Assembly: GCA_963663765.2 (NCBI GenBank)
Contig: CAXXUA010000004.1
Location: 928,001-992,000, forward strand
Source of the DNA: Candidatus Poribacteria bacterium
GTDB lineage: Bacteria > Poribacteria > WGA-4E > WGA-3G
Length of the DNA: 64,000 nucleotides
Reading direction: 5' to 3'
In this document: positions 60,878 through 64,000 of the stretch, piece after piece
How positions within the stretch are numbered: position 1 is the first letter of the stretch
Layout of the letters: each line of letters begins with the position of its first letter
Translations under genes and position numbers: made by a program
Notes under the pieces: model-generated
Told to the model about the DNA's origin: nothing
What the model saw: only the letters and a program-made list of their open reading frames with translations
The model's database searches: none

Positions 60878-61747
60878 ATGATTCTGAATAGGCGTTTGCG
60901 CAAGGCGAAGGGTAGCCCCGCCGCCGTGGCATGGGGTATCCTTCGCGACTTGCGTGTACAAGATTTTCCAATAGACCCTCGACGAATCGCATCTGAACTC
61001 GGAATTGCACTCTGGGAAAAAGAACTCCCTGGCACCTATGATGGATGTCTGATGCAGGTAGGCAACGCATGGGGTATCCTCATCAATGCAAGCATACGTT
61101 CAGAAGCACGGCGAAAATTTACTATCGCACACGAAATTGGACATTACCTGTTAGAGCGCAATACATCACGTCCCTGTTCGCTTGATGAACAATTAAATAC
61201 TATGCTGTCTGAGCAGGAACAGAATACAGAACAAACGCGGTCACAGAAACAGGCATACCTTTTGAGTGAACAGCGAGCAAACCGATTTGCCGTTGAACTG
61301 TTGATGCCCTCCCCCATCTTTATGGCTGACGCATCCGCACTAACACAAGTCGGCTTACCAGCAATTTCATCGCTTGCTACACAATACGACACCTCTTTGA
61401 CAAGCACCGGTATCCACTACACAAGGTTGTCCGAACATGTATGTGCCATCGTGTTTTCTGAAGGAGGAATCATCCGCTATTTCGCATATTCTGATGGATT
61501 CCGAGAGAATAAGCATTGCTTTCTGGTAAACGGACAACCCCTACATCCGAATGCATTAGCAACCCAGTTTACCAATACCACACGCATTGGTGAGTTAATA
61601 GATGAAGTACCGCTACATTATTGGTGCAAACCAAACGAAAATCAAACCAATGTAGACAATCCAGAGGACACAGACAACACCATTATTGAACATTCAAGAC
61701 GAACTTCCCGCACAAAACAGGTCATCACCTTCCTCCACCTACCCTGA
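60878..61747 (+). CDS. ImmA/IrrE family metallo-endopeptidase
   Basis: RRKFTIAHEIGH; EQRANRFAVELLMP; follows the XRE gene. Confidence 0.9.
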   Translation: MILNRRLRKAKGSPAAVAWGILRDLRVQDFPIDPRRIASELGIALWEKELPGTYDGCLMQVGNAWGILINASIRSEARRKFTIAHEIGHYLLERNTSRPCSLDEQLNTMLSEQEQNTEQTRSQKQAYLLSEQRANRFAVELLMPSPIFMADASALTQVGLPAISSLATQYDTSLTSTGIHYTRLSEHVCAIVFSEGGIIRYFAYSDGFRENKHCFLVNGQPLHPNALATQFTNTTRIGELIDEVPLHYWCKPNENQTNVDNPEDTDNTIIEHSRRTSRTKQVITFLHLP

Positions 61748-61749
61748 TA

Positions 61750-61843
61750 TATAGTAGACTTGAGGATTGATTGGACAATATGTTTGGTTGGGTTAGGAAA
61801 CCGAACCAAACATATTGCCTAAGTAATTATGGATTTCACTATA
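61750..61843. repeat. Family E-like palindromic element between convergent genes
   Basis: TATAGTAG...TTCACTATA ends; internal hairpin CAATATGTTTGGTT...AACCAAACATATTG. Confidence 0.6.
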
Positions 61844-61955
61844 AAACCTATTGCATTAGACCCAAAATACCTATTCTCTTAACACCGTATTCTGAAGCGA
61901 GATATTCCGATTTTTTCCCGATAAAATCTATGTGGTTTTCTCTTTAGTAATATCA

Positions 61956-63998
<2,043 letters not shown>

Positions 63999-64000
63999 AT

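Noticed and set aside
60529-61747. Prophage or ICE
   Set aside because: No integrase, att site or phage genes in the window

Overview
AT-rich (~40% GC by eye) bacterial chromosomal window. It is most likely Candidatus Poribacteria or a relative, inferred from the WD40 propeller proteins starting 'QWxLPxxxxARLGxG', a C-terminal 'KLATTWGxxK' tail and the oxidoreductase/sulfatase content. About 45 genes are supportable. They include housekeeping and metabolic genes (argB, ligA, nfuA-like, a sulfite/nitrite reductase-TusA fusion, phnA-like, an XDH/CoxMSL-type molybdoenzyme, a squalene-hopene-cyclase-like enzyme beside a GT2, beta-RFAP synthase), a MacA/ATPase/TolC set without a permease, and an XRE-ImmA/IrrE pair. 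A 17-kb type II secretion-like operon has two tandem ~1000-aa secretins with six N-repeats each, plus a chimeric, uncleavable second GspG. The large intergenic regions hold at least six non-autonomous MITE families with distinct TIRs; several copies have clear target-site duplications. They carry GTAG/GTGG-type REP hairpins, nest up to three levels deep and host REP tandem arrays. No transposase, CRISPR-cas, rRNA or tRNA gene was recognised. All calls come from reading the sequence; no searches were run.
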